Below are positions 9,126 through 17,754 of a DNA stretch of 64,000 bases, piece after piece. The notes under the pieces were generated by a model. That model did not search any database, was not told the origin of the DNA, and saw nothing but the letters and a program-made list of their open reading frames with translations. This DNA comes from Anaerolineaceae bacterium (GTDB taxonomy: Bacteria; Chloroflexota; Anaerolineae; Anaerolineales; Anaerolineaceae): positions 7,154 through 71,153 of the forward strand of contig DAINSU010000003.1 in assembly GCA_036744375.1 (NCBI GenBank), given 5' to 3'. A program made the position numbers and the translations under genes. How positions within the stretch are numbered: position 1 is the stretch's first letter; each line of letters opens with the position of its first letter.

Positions 9126-11591
9126 CTACTTATCTCCACGAATCATGAGCCAGTCGTCGCCGCTTTTAATGGCATAATGGGGCAGCCAAGCCAAACCAAA
9201 CAGCTCCAGGACGATGTCTTTTTTGAGGGGCGGTACACTTACCTCCCGAATGGTGCCAATCGATTGGGTGCTTTGGGTCTGGAGTGCGTCAATTTCAGCC
9301 TGCATCTGCTTATCTAAGTCAGCTAATTCCGCCTCGTATTTTTTAATCATTTGCTCTGATTCTTTTACGCCGGCTTTTGCCGTAGAAGTAAGGCGCCGTT
9401 TTGTCATCGATGTGCTCAAGTTGCTTTTTCTACCTTTAAACAATTTGGCAACATTCTCAATCCCTTTAACTGCCTCCTCAGAGCGGCGTTGCTTCAATAC
9501 ATCCTGATCCCGTTCCAATTCCAGCTCTTCGCGCATCTTTTTGTCTTCGATGGTCTTCTTTAGTTTGGCATACTTCTGCTTTATCTTCTCAACGGCTTCT
9601 GCGCTGCTTCCCTGGCTGGATTTTTTGCAGCGTTCTTCGAAAGCTTCACGGCTCTCGCCAGGCTCGGAGACGAGCTTGAGAGTATCGTTTTTGAAAAGTG
9701 TAAGCGTTTGCGTGCGGTAAACCCATTCGATAAAATCTTTTTTCAGCGTACTTATGTTCACTTCATCATCAAAAGGATAGCTCAGATCGCCAAAGGTCGC
9801 CTCGGGAAGCGGCTGGCTTTCCAGCTCAGCAGGGTCAATAGGCTCCACACGGTAATCCTCCCAGCGTACCAATCCGCGGGTCTCCAGCTTAGGGAGGCAC
9901 ACACCTACCTTCACCTGGGTATCCAGGTTATAGGTGCGGTTGGCAAAATACACATTAGCCTGCCCTAAAAGCGCTGGCTGATAATGCACAACCGCATGAG
10001 AAGCTGCCCCCGAGAGGTTAATACCTTGGTTTTTAAGTGCCTCCGATAGAGTTCGCTTAAGTGGCAGGTAATAAACCTCCACCTGGGAACTCAGTTTAGG
10101 TTCCACAGGCTTGCCAGGCAAATCAACGCCCTTGGTACCAAGGATTTCTTCTTTCTTGACTGCACTGGCGGCATGCCCTTCAGGTGTTGCGCCAACCAAG
10201 GCGTTTAACGCCTGTAATTTGTTGCGCGTAATTGGACCCGCCAAGTAGTTCATTGCCCAGCGTGTGGTAAATACTGCTGGCGCTTTTGCGTGCACGTTGT
10301 GCAGCAAAAAGACGCGCTTCCCTAAGGCTGAGATGGTTTTGTCAAAATAGCTCCGATCCAAAACGCCTTGCAAGCTCTCCAAGCCATCGAGCAGGCGTTG
10401 TTTATCCTGGTCGGTCTGCAGCTTCCCAATAATCCAAGTGCCCGTATTTGAAAGCGCCTTGTAATCCAGATCAATCGGGTTTTGAGTCGCCAATACCATG
10501 CCTAAGCCGAAAGCACGGGCTTGCTTGAGTAAACGCAGGATAATCGGCTTACTAGGTGGGGCTGCCACTGGCGGCAGGTAACCCACAATCTCATCAAAAT
10601 AAACCAGAGCGCGCAGGTTTGATGTGCCAGGTTGGCTGCGCATCCAAGTTTCAATGGCAGAATAAAGTAGGGTAACAAAAAACATGCGTTCTTCATCAGC
10701 CAAATGGGCTAAATAGAAGACGCTATGGCGAGGCTTACCTTCAGGTGTGTAAAGGAAGGCGCCAATATCCAAGGGCACGCCTTCCAGCCAGCTTTCAAAA
10801 GCCGGGGCTGCTAAAAAGTTATTTAGCAGCATTGCCAATTCGAAACGTTCTTTTTCTGGGTAAAACTTGGAGAGCGGAAAAACGCCCAACTTGTCAAACG
10901 GCGGGGTTTGCGTTTGTAAGATAAGGCTCTCCAGGTCCAGGTCTTGCCCCTTGCTCCAGGCAGCCTCAAAAATATTTGCCAGCAAAATGTGCTCGCGAGA
11001 GCGCACGAGGTCCAGGTTTTTAAACCCCACCAGCTCCAGCAGCGCCGTTACGGTGCTAGAAATGTTCTCACGCAGCATTTCCTTGTTTTCTTCCCATGGT
11101 ATTTGTGGACATTTGAGGGAGGAGAGAATGCTGACCGGAATAGCCGAGTTGGAGCCGGGCGAATAGATCGCATAGGAGACATTTTCAGCCAATTTCTGTA
11201 GGCGGGCTTTATCAATGCCCCAATCTGCTAAGCCTTTAGCCCAAGTAGCAGCAGTATCGGCAGCAGCTTGCTCCACTGATTTACCTTCACGTGCCGCTGC
11301 ATCCTGCTCGATCCAAGGCGCGAAATCCTCGGGTAATAGATCCGGGAAATGCAGCAAATGATTGGTGAGGTCACCTTTGGGGTCAATTAAAATCGCAGGG
11401 ATGCCTTGCAGGGCAGCTTCTTCCAGGAGGATAATGCCCATCCCCGTCTTGCCAGAGCCAGTCATGCCAGTGATAACCGCATGGGTCGTCAGATCGGCAG
11501 GGTCATAAAAGATGGGTTTTTCAGTTAAGGCTTGCTTGGCAGCCAGGTCATACTCGCAGCCAAAAAAGAATTTAGAGGGATTACTCGCCAT
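9126..11591 (-). CDS. HerA/FtsK-superfamily P-loop ATPase (DUF87/DUF853-like) with long C-terminal extension
   Basis: Contains Walker A ITGMTGSGKTGMG, ILIDPKGD, Walker B-like LVYFDEI and LATQNP. The C-terminal ~350 aa include a Lys/Glu coiled coil. Confidence 0.75.
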   Translation of the reverse strand: MASNPSKFFFGCEYDLAAKQALTEKPIFYDPADLTTHAVITGMTGSGKTGMGIILLEEAALQGIPAILIDPKGDLTNHLLHFPDLLPEDFAPWIEQDAAAREGKSVEQAAADTAATWAKGLADWGIDKARLQKLAENVSYAIYSPGSNSAIPVSILSSLKCPQIPWEENKEMLRENISSTVTALLELVGFKNLDLVRSREHILLANIFEAAWSKGQDLDLESLILQTQTPPFDKLGVFPLSKFYPEKERFELAMLLNNFLAAPAFESWLEGVPLDIGAFLYTPEGKPRHSVFYLAHLADEERMFFVTLLYSAIETWMRSQPGTSNLRALVYFDEIVGYLPPVAAPPSKPIILRLLKQARAFGLGMVLATQNPIDLDYKALSNTGTWIIGKLQTDQDKQRLLDGLESLQGVLDRSYFDKTISALGKRVFLLHNVHAKAPAVFTTRWAMNYLAGPITRNKLQALNALVGATPEGHAASAVKKEEILGTKGVDLPGKPVEPKLSSQVEVYYLPLKRTLSEALKNQGINLSGAASHAVVHYQPALLGQANVYFANRTYNLDTQVKVGVCLPKLETRGLVRWEDYRVEPIDPAELESQPLPEATFGDLSYPFDDEVNISTLKKDFIEWVYRTQTLTLFKNDTLKLVSEPGESREAFEERCKKSSQGSSAEAVEKIKQKYAKLKKTIEDKKMREELELERDQDVLKQRRSEEAVKGIENVAKLFKGRKSNLSTSMTKRRLTSTAKAGVKESEQMIKKYEAELADLDKQMQAEIDALQTQSTQSIGTIREVSVPPLKKDIVLELFGLAWLPHYAIKSGDDWLMIRGDK

Positions 11592-11668
11592 GGCAGCTCC
11601 TTGGGAAAGTTCGGACTTTAATATAAGTATACTTCAAGAAATACGCACCAACTTAAGCAAATTAGCGA

Positions 11669-12125
11669 TGTAAGAGCAACATGATAATGTCCTAAAGTGG
11701 CAAAATAAAAAAGTCTTAATTAAGAATAGGAGCAATATAATCGTTGTTCGATTACCCAGAGTATTTTCAAAGGAACATTAAAATCATGATGAACAGTGTA
11801 CGAGTAGCCTTTCCCCTCTTACTCCCCTTCCCAGCGAACTAATATTTATTAATTATCCTCATTAACTACCGCTGGGACGGGGAGTTGATGTTTGAAAGAG
11901 GGCTGCGCCCTCTTTCAAACTATTTTCCCTTCCCCAGCGGCTGAGCCGCGGAACAAAAAACCGCTTGCCGCTGGGGAAGGGTCAGGGTTAGGGTCACTGT
12001 AAAACATTATAGACAAGAAAAAATAAGATGGTTAGTTTTGAGAAAAAAACATACTAAAGGCTTTATCCACTTACTAGGACATTTTAAAATTGCCCGCATT
12101 AGAATATTTCTATTTAGCCTTGACA
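11669..12125. mobile_element. copy A of a ~0.4 kb TIR-bounded, hairpin-rich intergenic repeat (MITE-like)
   Basis: Both ends match copy B: tgtaagagcaa..ataatgtcctaaagtRgcaaaata on the left and ctttatccact..aggacattt..ttgccMgcatta..atttcta.ttagcc on the right. The ends are inverted relative to each other (aatgtcct / aggacatt). Confidence 0.65.
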
Positions 12126-12180
12126 CCCAGGCAACTTAGCGGCATTTTAGTTTTCATTTAACATTTCAATGTATTGGTAT

Positions 12181-12894
12181 TTAGGGGAGAAAAAAGTACT
12201 TTTCAAGCTGTAGGGCATTCAAAGAAGGTAAGACCTCTTCTGCTGCGGAGAAATCCTGATCAAGCGTCACAGGATTGGGAACTGCCACCGCACGAATGCC
12301 TGCCCTTTGGGCTGCCAAAATTCCGTTATAGGAGTCTTCCAGCACAAGCGCACGCCCAGCGAGAACAGTTAAGTTTTCTAATACTTTCAGGAAGATATCT
12401 GGTTCTGGCTTGCTCACTTGCACATCGTCAATGGTCACGATGGTATCAAACTGGCTCAAAAGGTTTAAGCGTTGCAGGTGACTATGCACCCAGTCCCGGG
12501 GAGAGCTGGAACCAACCCCTAAGGAAAGCCCTACCTTTTTCGCCTTAGCGATGAGCTCCACAACGCCAGGCAAAGCCGGCTCTTGGTTGATCACTTCAAT
12601 GCTCTTTGCTTGGACCAACTCCCATAACTCCTCGGGCGTGGTTCCATGATCGAGCAAGCGGGCAAGCTCCTCCGCTGGCTGGTAGATCTGCGAACCATAC
12701 GTCCCGATAATAGCTTGATAGCGTTTAATATCAAACTTGCCGCCTGCTTGGGCAAACAAGCGCTGCCAAATGCGCATCTCGGGCGTTTCGGTATCTAAGA
12801 TGAGCCCATCAAAATCAAAAATCAATGCGCCATTCACGAGTACTTCCCCTGAGAGTGTTTCAACAACGAAGATTTCGATTTCCCCAATAGCCAT
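12181..12894 (-). CDS. HAD-superfamily hydrolase (beta-phosphoglucomutase/phosphatase-like)
   Basis: HAD motifs I (FDFDGLILDTE), II (GVGSSS) and IV (LEDSYNGILAAQRAG) are present. The start is uncertain because the listed N-terminus overlaps the upstream gene by 35 nt. Confidence 0.85.
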   Translation of the reverse strand: MAIGEIEIFVVETLSGEVLVNGALIFDFDGLILDTETPEMRIWQRLFAQAGGKFDIKRYQAIIGTYGSQIYQPAEELARLLDHGTTPEELWELVQAKSIEVINQEPALPGVVELIAKAKKVGLSLGVGSSSPRDWVHSHLQRLNLLSQFDTIVTIDDVQVSKPEPDIFLKVLENLTVLAGRALVLEDSYNGILAAQRAGIRAVAVPNPVTLDQDFSAAEEVLPSLNALQLEKYFFLP

Positions 12895-13402
12895 GGCGCT
12901 GTAGAATGATATCTTCCACAGTTACGAAGGCGTTAGGATCCACATCTAAGACGACTTTTTGGGCTTCGTCTGCTTTTTTGCGCTGGACAGAGCAATTCAA
13001 TAGGATGACCGTACCATCTTTTCCTTGTGCGGGGATTTCCGTGACCGCAAAGTCATGCTCGCGCAGAGCTTGGGCAATCTCTTTTCCGTGAGTACGGCTG
13101 ATAATGCTAATCTGAGAATAGCCTAAGGCTAAGCGCTTTTCGATTTCCATGCCAACCACATTGCCAGTGGCAAAGCCAGCAGCATAGGCAACGATATAGA
13201 GGATATTATTAAGATTATCCAGCACTGCCCCCATGGCAATCACAAAGAGAATTGTCTCGAAGAATCCAAGAATCCAAGAAATCCACTTCATGTTACGCAT
13301 GGTCAACATAACGCGCAGCGTATCCATGGCAATATTGATCACGCGCAAAACAAAAATGATCAAAGCACCTAACCATGGGGAAATAGAAAGAAAATCAGGC
13401 AT
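12860..13402 (-). CDS. UPF0316/DUF2179 membrane protein
   Basis: Three N-terminal TM segments are followed by a C-terminal DUF2179-like domain (GKDGTVILLNCSVQRKK...FVTVEDI). Confidence 0.75.
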   Translation of the reverse strand: MPDFLSISPWLGALIIFVLRVINIAMDTLRVMLTMRNMKWISWILGFFETILFVIAMGAVLDNLNNILYIVAYAAGFATGNVVGMEIEKRLALGYSQISIISRTHGKEIAQALREHDFAVTEIPAQGKDGTVILLNCSVQRKKADEAQKVVLDVDPNAFVTVEDIILQRHGYWGNRNLRC

Positions 13403-13429
13403 AACCGGTACCTCGCACTTTAATTATTC

Positions 13430-15610
13430 TCAGGCTTGCTCTTGTTCTGGTTCCTCTTCAGTCATTTGAATTGCAGGTAAATAGAGCTCATTCATATATT
13501 GTTTGACCATACGGGTGGTGGAAAAGCGTGGGGTAAGCGTTTTGATGCTTTCCTTAATCCGCTCGATCCAATCTCCGGGTAAGCCGTCTGCAGAGCGCAT
13601 GGTGTAGTAGAGGGGTACAATCTCGTTTTCAAGGGTGTCATAAAGGCTCTCAGCGTCGGCTTTGTCTTGTTCGTCTTGATTATCCGAAACGGTAGAATCG
13701 CCAATCGCCCAGCCATTCGCGCCATTGTATCCTTCTGCCCACCAACCATCCAAAACTGAAAAGTTCAGAGTGCCATTGAGCGCAGCTTTTTGTCCGCTTG
13801 TGCCCGAAGCTTCACGCGGACGGCGGGGGGTATTGAGCCAAACGTCCACACCCTGCACCAAATAACGTGCCATATCCATATCGTAGTCGTCCAAAAAGAC
13901 TAACCTGCCGCCAAAGCGCGCATCCTTCACGTGCCGATAGACTTCTTGAATCAAGAGCTTAGCCGGCTCATCAGATGGATGGGCTTTACCCGCAAAGACT
14001 ATTTGGACTGGCTTGCTCGGGTTAGTTACAATGCGCAACAAGCGGTCCACATCCGTAAAGACTAAATTAGCCCGTTTATAGGTAGCAAAGCGGCGCGCAA
14101 AACCAATCGTCAGCGCATACGGATCTAACAAAACCCCGCTGGCAACAGTCTGTACGGGGTGAACGCTGCCAGCTTGCCAAGCATCCCGTGCACGGTTGAC
14201 CATGTACGCAACCAGTTTTCGCTTGAGGTGCCGGCGCACACGCCACAATTCCGCATCTGGGATTAAGTCCACCCGTTGCCACATTTCCTCGTCATCAATA
14301 TGTTCATACCAATCTGGGCTAAGGTACCGCCGGTATAGTAAGGCGAGCCGACGTGCCAGCCATGTACGCGTGTGTACGCCATTGGTGATGTAGGTGATCG
14401 GAACTTCATCCACGGGTTTATCTGGCCAGAGCTCGTGCCACATCTGCTTGGAAACTTGCCCGTGAATTTTAGAAACACCGTTGCGGAAGTTCGATAGTTT
14501 AAGCGCTAACTTCGGCATACTAAAGGCTTCCCCACCCCAGTCTTGCTTGATACGGGCAATATCCATAAATTGTTCGCGATCCAAACCCAACTGTGGCCAT
14601 AAATTGGCAAAGTATTTCTCCATCAGCCAGAGGGGGAACTCATCGTTCCCAGCCGGTACCGGAGTGTGCGTGGTAAAAACGCTGGAGTGCTTGACAAGAT
14701 CTATCGCCTCGTCAAAAGTCTTGCCTTGCTGTACAAGCTCCCGTGTGCGTTCTAGCGTCAAAAAGGCAGAATGCCCCTCGTTCATGTGATAAATGGTAGG
14801 GTTGTGCCCCAAAGCTTTCAGCGCGCGGAAGCCGCCAATGCCCAGTAAGATCTCCTGAGAGATGCGGAGCTCTGGGTCACTGATATAGAGCCGATCGGTC
14901 AGCTGGCGGTCATTCGGGTTATTCTCGGGGATGTTGGTTTGAAGAAGGACCAACTTTACGCGCCCGACATTGAGTTCATATAAACGGGCAAATACCGTCC
15001 TACCAGGTAGTTCCACAGAAATTTTGATGGGTTCATGGTTTTCATCATAAAGCGCAATGAGCGGTAAATCGTCATAGACAATTTGAACATTACGAGCTTC
15101 TTGCCAGCCATCTTCGGTGATTTTTTGTGAAAAGTAGCCGTAAGTATAGAGGAAACCGACACCTACAAGGGGAATGCCCAAGTCGCTCGACTCCTTAAGG
15201 TGATCACCTGAAAGCACGCCTAACCCACCGGCATATACCATCAAAGATTCGTGCAGCCCATATTCAAACGAAAAGTAAGCAATTTCCTCATCTAACAGAT
15301 TAGGGTAAGTATGGCTGAACCAGGTGTCCTTGGATTTCATATACGTATTAAATTCACGGAGAATGCGGTCGTATCGCCCTAAAAAGTAGCGATCTTTGAT
15401 CAAGCCATCATAGGTTGTTGGGTCCACAGTACGTAGAAAGACCACGGGGTTGTGGTGCGACCGCTCCCAGAGCAGCGGATCAATCTCTTTTAACATGCGG
15501 GCTGCTTCGGGGTTCCACGCCCACCATAAGTTGTGGGCAAGGTCAGCCAGTTTCTTGATGCGGTAAGGCAAGTCAAAACTGTTTGGTATCTCTCGGATAA
15601 TTTTTTCCAT
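13430..15610 (-). CDS. glgP: alpha-glucan phosphorylase (GT35, maltodextrin/glycogen phosphorylase)
   Basis: The sequence reads as the alpha-glucan phosphorylase family throughout: AYFSFEYG, GGLGVLSGDHLK, and EASGTSGQKAALNG, which is the PLP-Lys region. Confidence 0.92.
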   Translation of the reverse strand: MEKIIREIPNSFDLPYRIKKLADLAHNLWWAWNPEAARMLKEIDPLLWERSHHNPVVFLRTVDPTTYDGLIKDRYFLGRYDRILREFNTYMKSKDTWFSHTYPNLLDEEIAYFSFEYGLHESLMVYAGGLGVLSGDHLKESSDLGIPLVGVGFLYTYGYFSQKITEDGWQEARNVQIVYDDLPLIALYDENHEPIKISVELPGRTVFARLYELNVGRVKLVLLQTNIPENNPNDRQLTDRLYISDPELRISQEILLGIGGFRALKALGHNPTIYHMNEGHSAFLTLERTRELVQQGKTFDEAIDLVKHSSVFTTHTPVPAGNDEFPLWLMEKYFANLWPQLGLDREQFMDIARIKQDWGGEAFSMPKLALKLSNFRNGVSKIHGQVSKQMWHELWPDKPVDEVPITYITNGVHTRTWLARRLALLYRRYLSPDWYEHIDDEEMWQRVDLIPDAELWRVRRHLKRKLVAYMVNRARDAWQAGSVHPVQTVASGVLLDPYALTIGFARRFATYKRANLVFTDVDRLLRIVTNPSKPVQIVFAGKAHPSDEPAKLLIQEVYRHVKDARFGGRLVFLDDYDMDMARYLVQGVDVWLNTPRRPREASGTSGQKAALNGTLNFSVLDGWWAEGYNGANGWAIGDSTVSDNQDEQDKADAESLYDTLENEIVPLYYTMRSADGLPGDWIERIKESIKTLTPRFSTTRMVKQYMNELYLPAIQMTEEEPEQEQA

Positions 15611-15733
15611 AAATCAACTCTTTTTCTATAAATATGTATATCAGGCAACGTTAAATTAAAGCTTGCAGTTGCCTGCAAAACGACCTAAATCATATCATAC
15701 TTTCATCGCGGAGGTGTAAACCGCGTAAAAGTG

Positions 15734-17143
15734 TTAGTTCTTGCCGGTAAAGCTCGGCGCACTCATAAAAACCATGCGGCAAATGCGCGTATCGGACATA
15801 CGGCTGCGCAGCCGCTGATCGATTTCTCCGGGCATAATCGCCGTGGTGATGACCGTGGGTAACTCCGCATTATAGCGATAGTTAAACAATTGATACAGTT
15901 TTTCTCGTGCCCAGGGAGTAGCAGATTGGGTCCCTAAGTCATCCAAGATTAACAAACGCGAGCGGCGGATCTCCTCAAAGCGTTGGTCAATACTCACTGG
16001 GCTGTTTGGTGCGTATGCAGCCCGCAAGTGGTCTAGCAGGTCCGGCACCACCACCATAAGCGGTGGAAAACCCAATCCAGCTTGGTAATTGCCAATCGCC
16101 GCGGCTAAATGCGTCTTACCGCAGCCGTAAGGGCCTAAAAATACCAACCAGCCTTGTGGGTTCTGGGCAAAGGCTTGGGCAGCTTCGAAAGCTTCTTTTA
16201 AGGAGGCTAAGTCACTTGGATCAATATCTTCGTTTCGGCGCAAGCTAAAGGTGCCAAAAGTTTGCTTACTGTGCAAACTAAGCGTTGAAAGCTCCGGGTG
16301 GCCAATATCATCCGTCGGGTTGCGATAATCCGGCGCTAAAATCTCCACGCGGGTCACTAGCTCTGGGTCCATCAGCCGCGAGCGAATGCGGCCCTCAAAG
16401 CTCGAGAGCGGGTTATTGCTGGTAATCACCGTCGCTAATTGGTTGATATAACGATAGTTCAAGATCTGAAAAAGCTTCTCTTGCGCCCAGCTGGTGGCGT
16501 TTTGCGTGCCAAAATCATCCATGATTAGCAAAGGGATGTTACGGATTTCTTCGAAGCGCTGCTCAAAGCTATCTTCGCTGCCTTCAGAGTAGGAAAAGCG
16601 CAGCCAATCGAGCAAGTCCGGCACGGTTAAAAATAAAGTTGAGACGCCCATCGAGACTGCTTGATTAGCGATCGCTGCAGCCAGGTGCGTTTTACCACAG
16701 CCATATTTACCCAAGAGCAGCAGCCAGCCACGTAAGGTGCCGGCAAAGTTCATGGCGCTGTTATAAGCCTGTTCAAGTGAATCAGCCTGAAGCGCCCCTA
16801 AGCCAATCCTCCCCCGCGGCTTGAAATTATCAAACGTAAGATTTTTAAGCGCGCCTAAGTTGCTCAGCTGAAAGAGCTGATCACGCCGCATAGCTGTAAC
16901 TTCTTTTATGCGACAGGAGCAAATTTCTAACTTCCCAAAACGGGGATCATCAAAGGGGACGTCTGTGCTTACAAAGCCTAATCCATGGCAAATCGGGCAG
17001 TTCGGGTCACCCAAGCTGTAACGATGCCTTGAAGAAAAATCCCCTTCAGCTTGATTTCCCACTGCGCCGTTTTCGCTGCTCTTGATAGAGGCGGCGATAT
17101 TCTTCAACGATTGATCCTTCTTGTTGCTTGCTTGTGGTTTCAC
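15734..17143 (-). CDS. DnaC/DnaI-like helicase loader with N-terminal Cys cluster and two tandem AAA+ modules
   Basis: CPICHGLGF..CSC is followed by two paralogous modules, each with Walker A (GKYGCGKTH / GPYGCGKTH) and Walker B (LLIMDDFG / LLILDDLG). The start is uncertain: GTG 17143 overlaps the DnaD-like gene by 98 nt, and GTG 17062 is an alternative. Confidence 0.8.
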   Translation of the reverse strand: MKPQASNKKDQSLKNIAASIKSSENGAVGNQAEGDFSSRHRYSLGDPNCPICHGLGFVSTDVPFDDPRFGKLEICSCRIKEVTAMRRDQLFQLSNLGALKNLTFDNFKPRGRIGLGALQADSLEQAYNSAMNFAGTLRGWLLLLGKYGCGKTHLAAAIANQAVSMGVSTLFLTVPDLLDWLRFSYSEGSEDSFEQRFEEIRNIPLLIMDDFGTQNATSWAQEKLFQILNYRYINQLATVITSNNPLSSFEGRIRSRLMDPELVTRVEILAPDYRNPTDDIGHPELSTLSLHSKQTFGTFSLRRNEDIDPSDLASLKEAFEAAQAFAQNPQGWLVFLGPYGCGKTHLAAAIGNYQAGLGFPPLMVVVPDLLDHLRAAYAPNSPVSIDQRFEEIRRSRLLILDDLGTQSATPWAREKLYQLFNYRYNAELPTVITTAIMPGEIDQRLRSRMSDTRICRMVFMSAPSFTGKN

Positions 17144-17744
17144 GTCCTCGTTCCTTCCAGGCGTTTAGGATTGCGCGCACATAGCGCCAGCTGCGTTTAT
17201 TCCGCTCGACCGCTTCAGCCACGGCAGCTTCTATCCACTCATATGGATATTCAGCTTCATCTTCCTTGAGCATTTCTGCCATGATTGGCGTAAGCGGACC
17301 GATATGGGCTTCGTATAGTTTAAAAATATTTGGGCGTTCTTCCAAGGGCAGCTTGGAAATCACCAAGCCGCCGTTTAATTTTTCCTGCCCGGAGGTGAGC
17401 CTCTCGAGCCATTTCCGCCCTTGCGGCGTACCAGGTAGAAAGTAAATTTTCTGGTTCTGTTCATCTTTATAACTGAGGATAAAGCCTGCTTGCAAGGCTT
17501 GTTCGAGCGCGTGTTGGCAGGTTTCCTTTTGTCCATCAAAGAGCAATTCGGCTGCTTCCAGCATCACTGAGCTTTCCACAGCAAGGTTATCGGCTGATCC
17601 CAGCAGGTCAAACAGGTTTAGCACTATCAAAATAGCCTCACGGTCGAGGGGGCTTTGGGCTAAGCTGCGCAAGAAATCAGCTGGCAATGCCAATTTTTTG
17701 GTTTGATCACGCTCAAAACCCAGTGGTGTTTTGCTTACACTCAT
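17046..17744 (-). CDS. DnaD-domain replication protein
   Basis: The C-terminal DnaD-like repeat is IFKLYEAHIGPLTPIMAEMLKEDEAEYPYEWIEAAVAEAVERNKRSWRYVRAILNAWKERG. ATG 17744 lies 10 nt after the dnaB stop and is preceded by gaagg, so I prefer it over the listed 17807. Confidence 0.75.
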   Translation of the reverse strand: MSVSKTPLGFERDQTKKLALPADFLRSLAQSPLDREAILIVLNLFDLLGSADNLAVESSVMLEAAELLFDGQKETCQHALEQALQAGFILSYKDEQNQKIYFLPGTPQGRKWLERLTSGQEKLNGGLVISKLPLEERPNIFKLYEAHIGPLTPIMAEMLKEDEAEYPYEWIEAAVAEAVERNKRSWRYVRAILNAWKERGRETTSKQQEGSIVEEYRRLYQEQRKRRSGKSS

Positions 17745-17754
17745 GTGCCTTCTA

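Noticed and set aside
11592-12180. Replication origin (oriC) hypothesis for the long AT-rich gaps containing TTATCCAC.
   Set aside because: There is only one DnaA-box-like 8-mer per gap, and it is part of the repeated element. No cluster of boxes, AT-rich 13-mer-like unwinding repeats or adjacent dnaA/dnaN is present.
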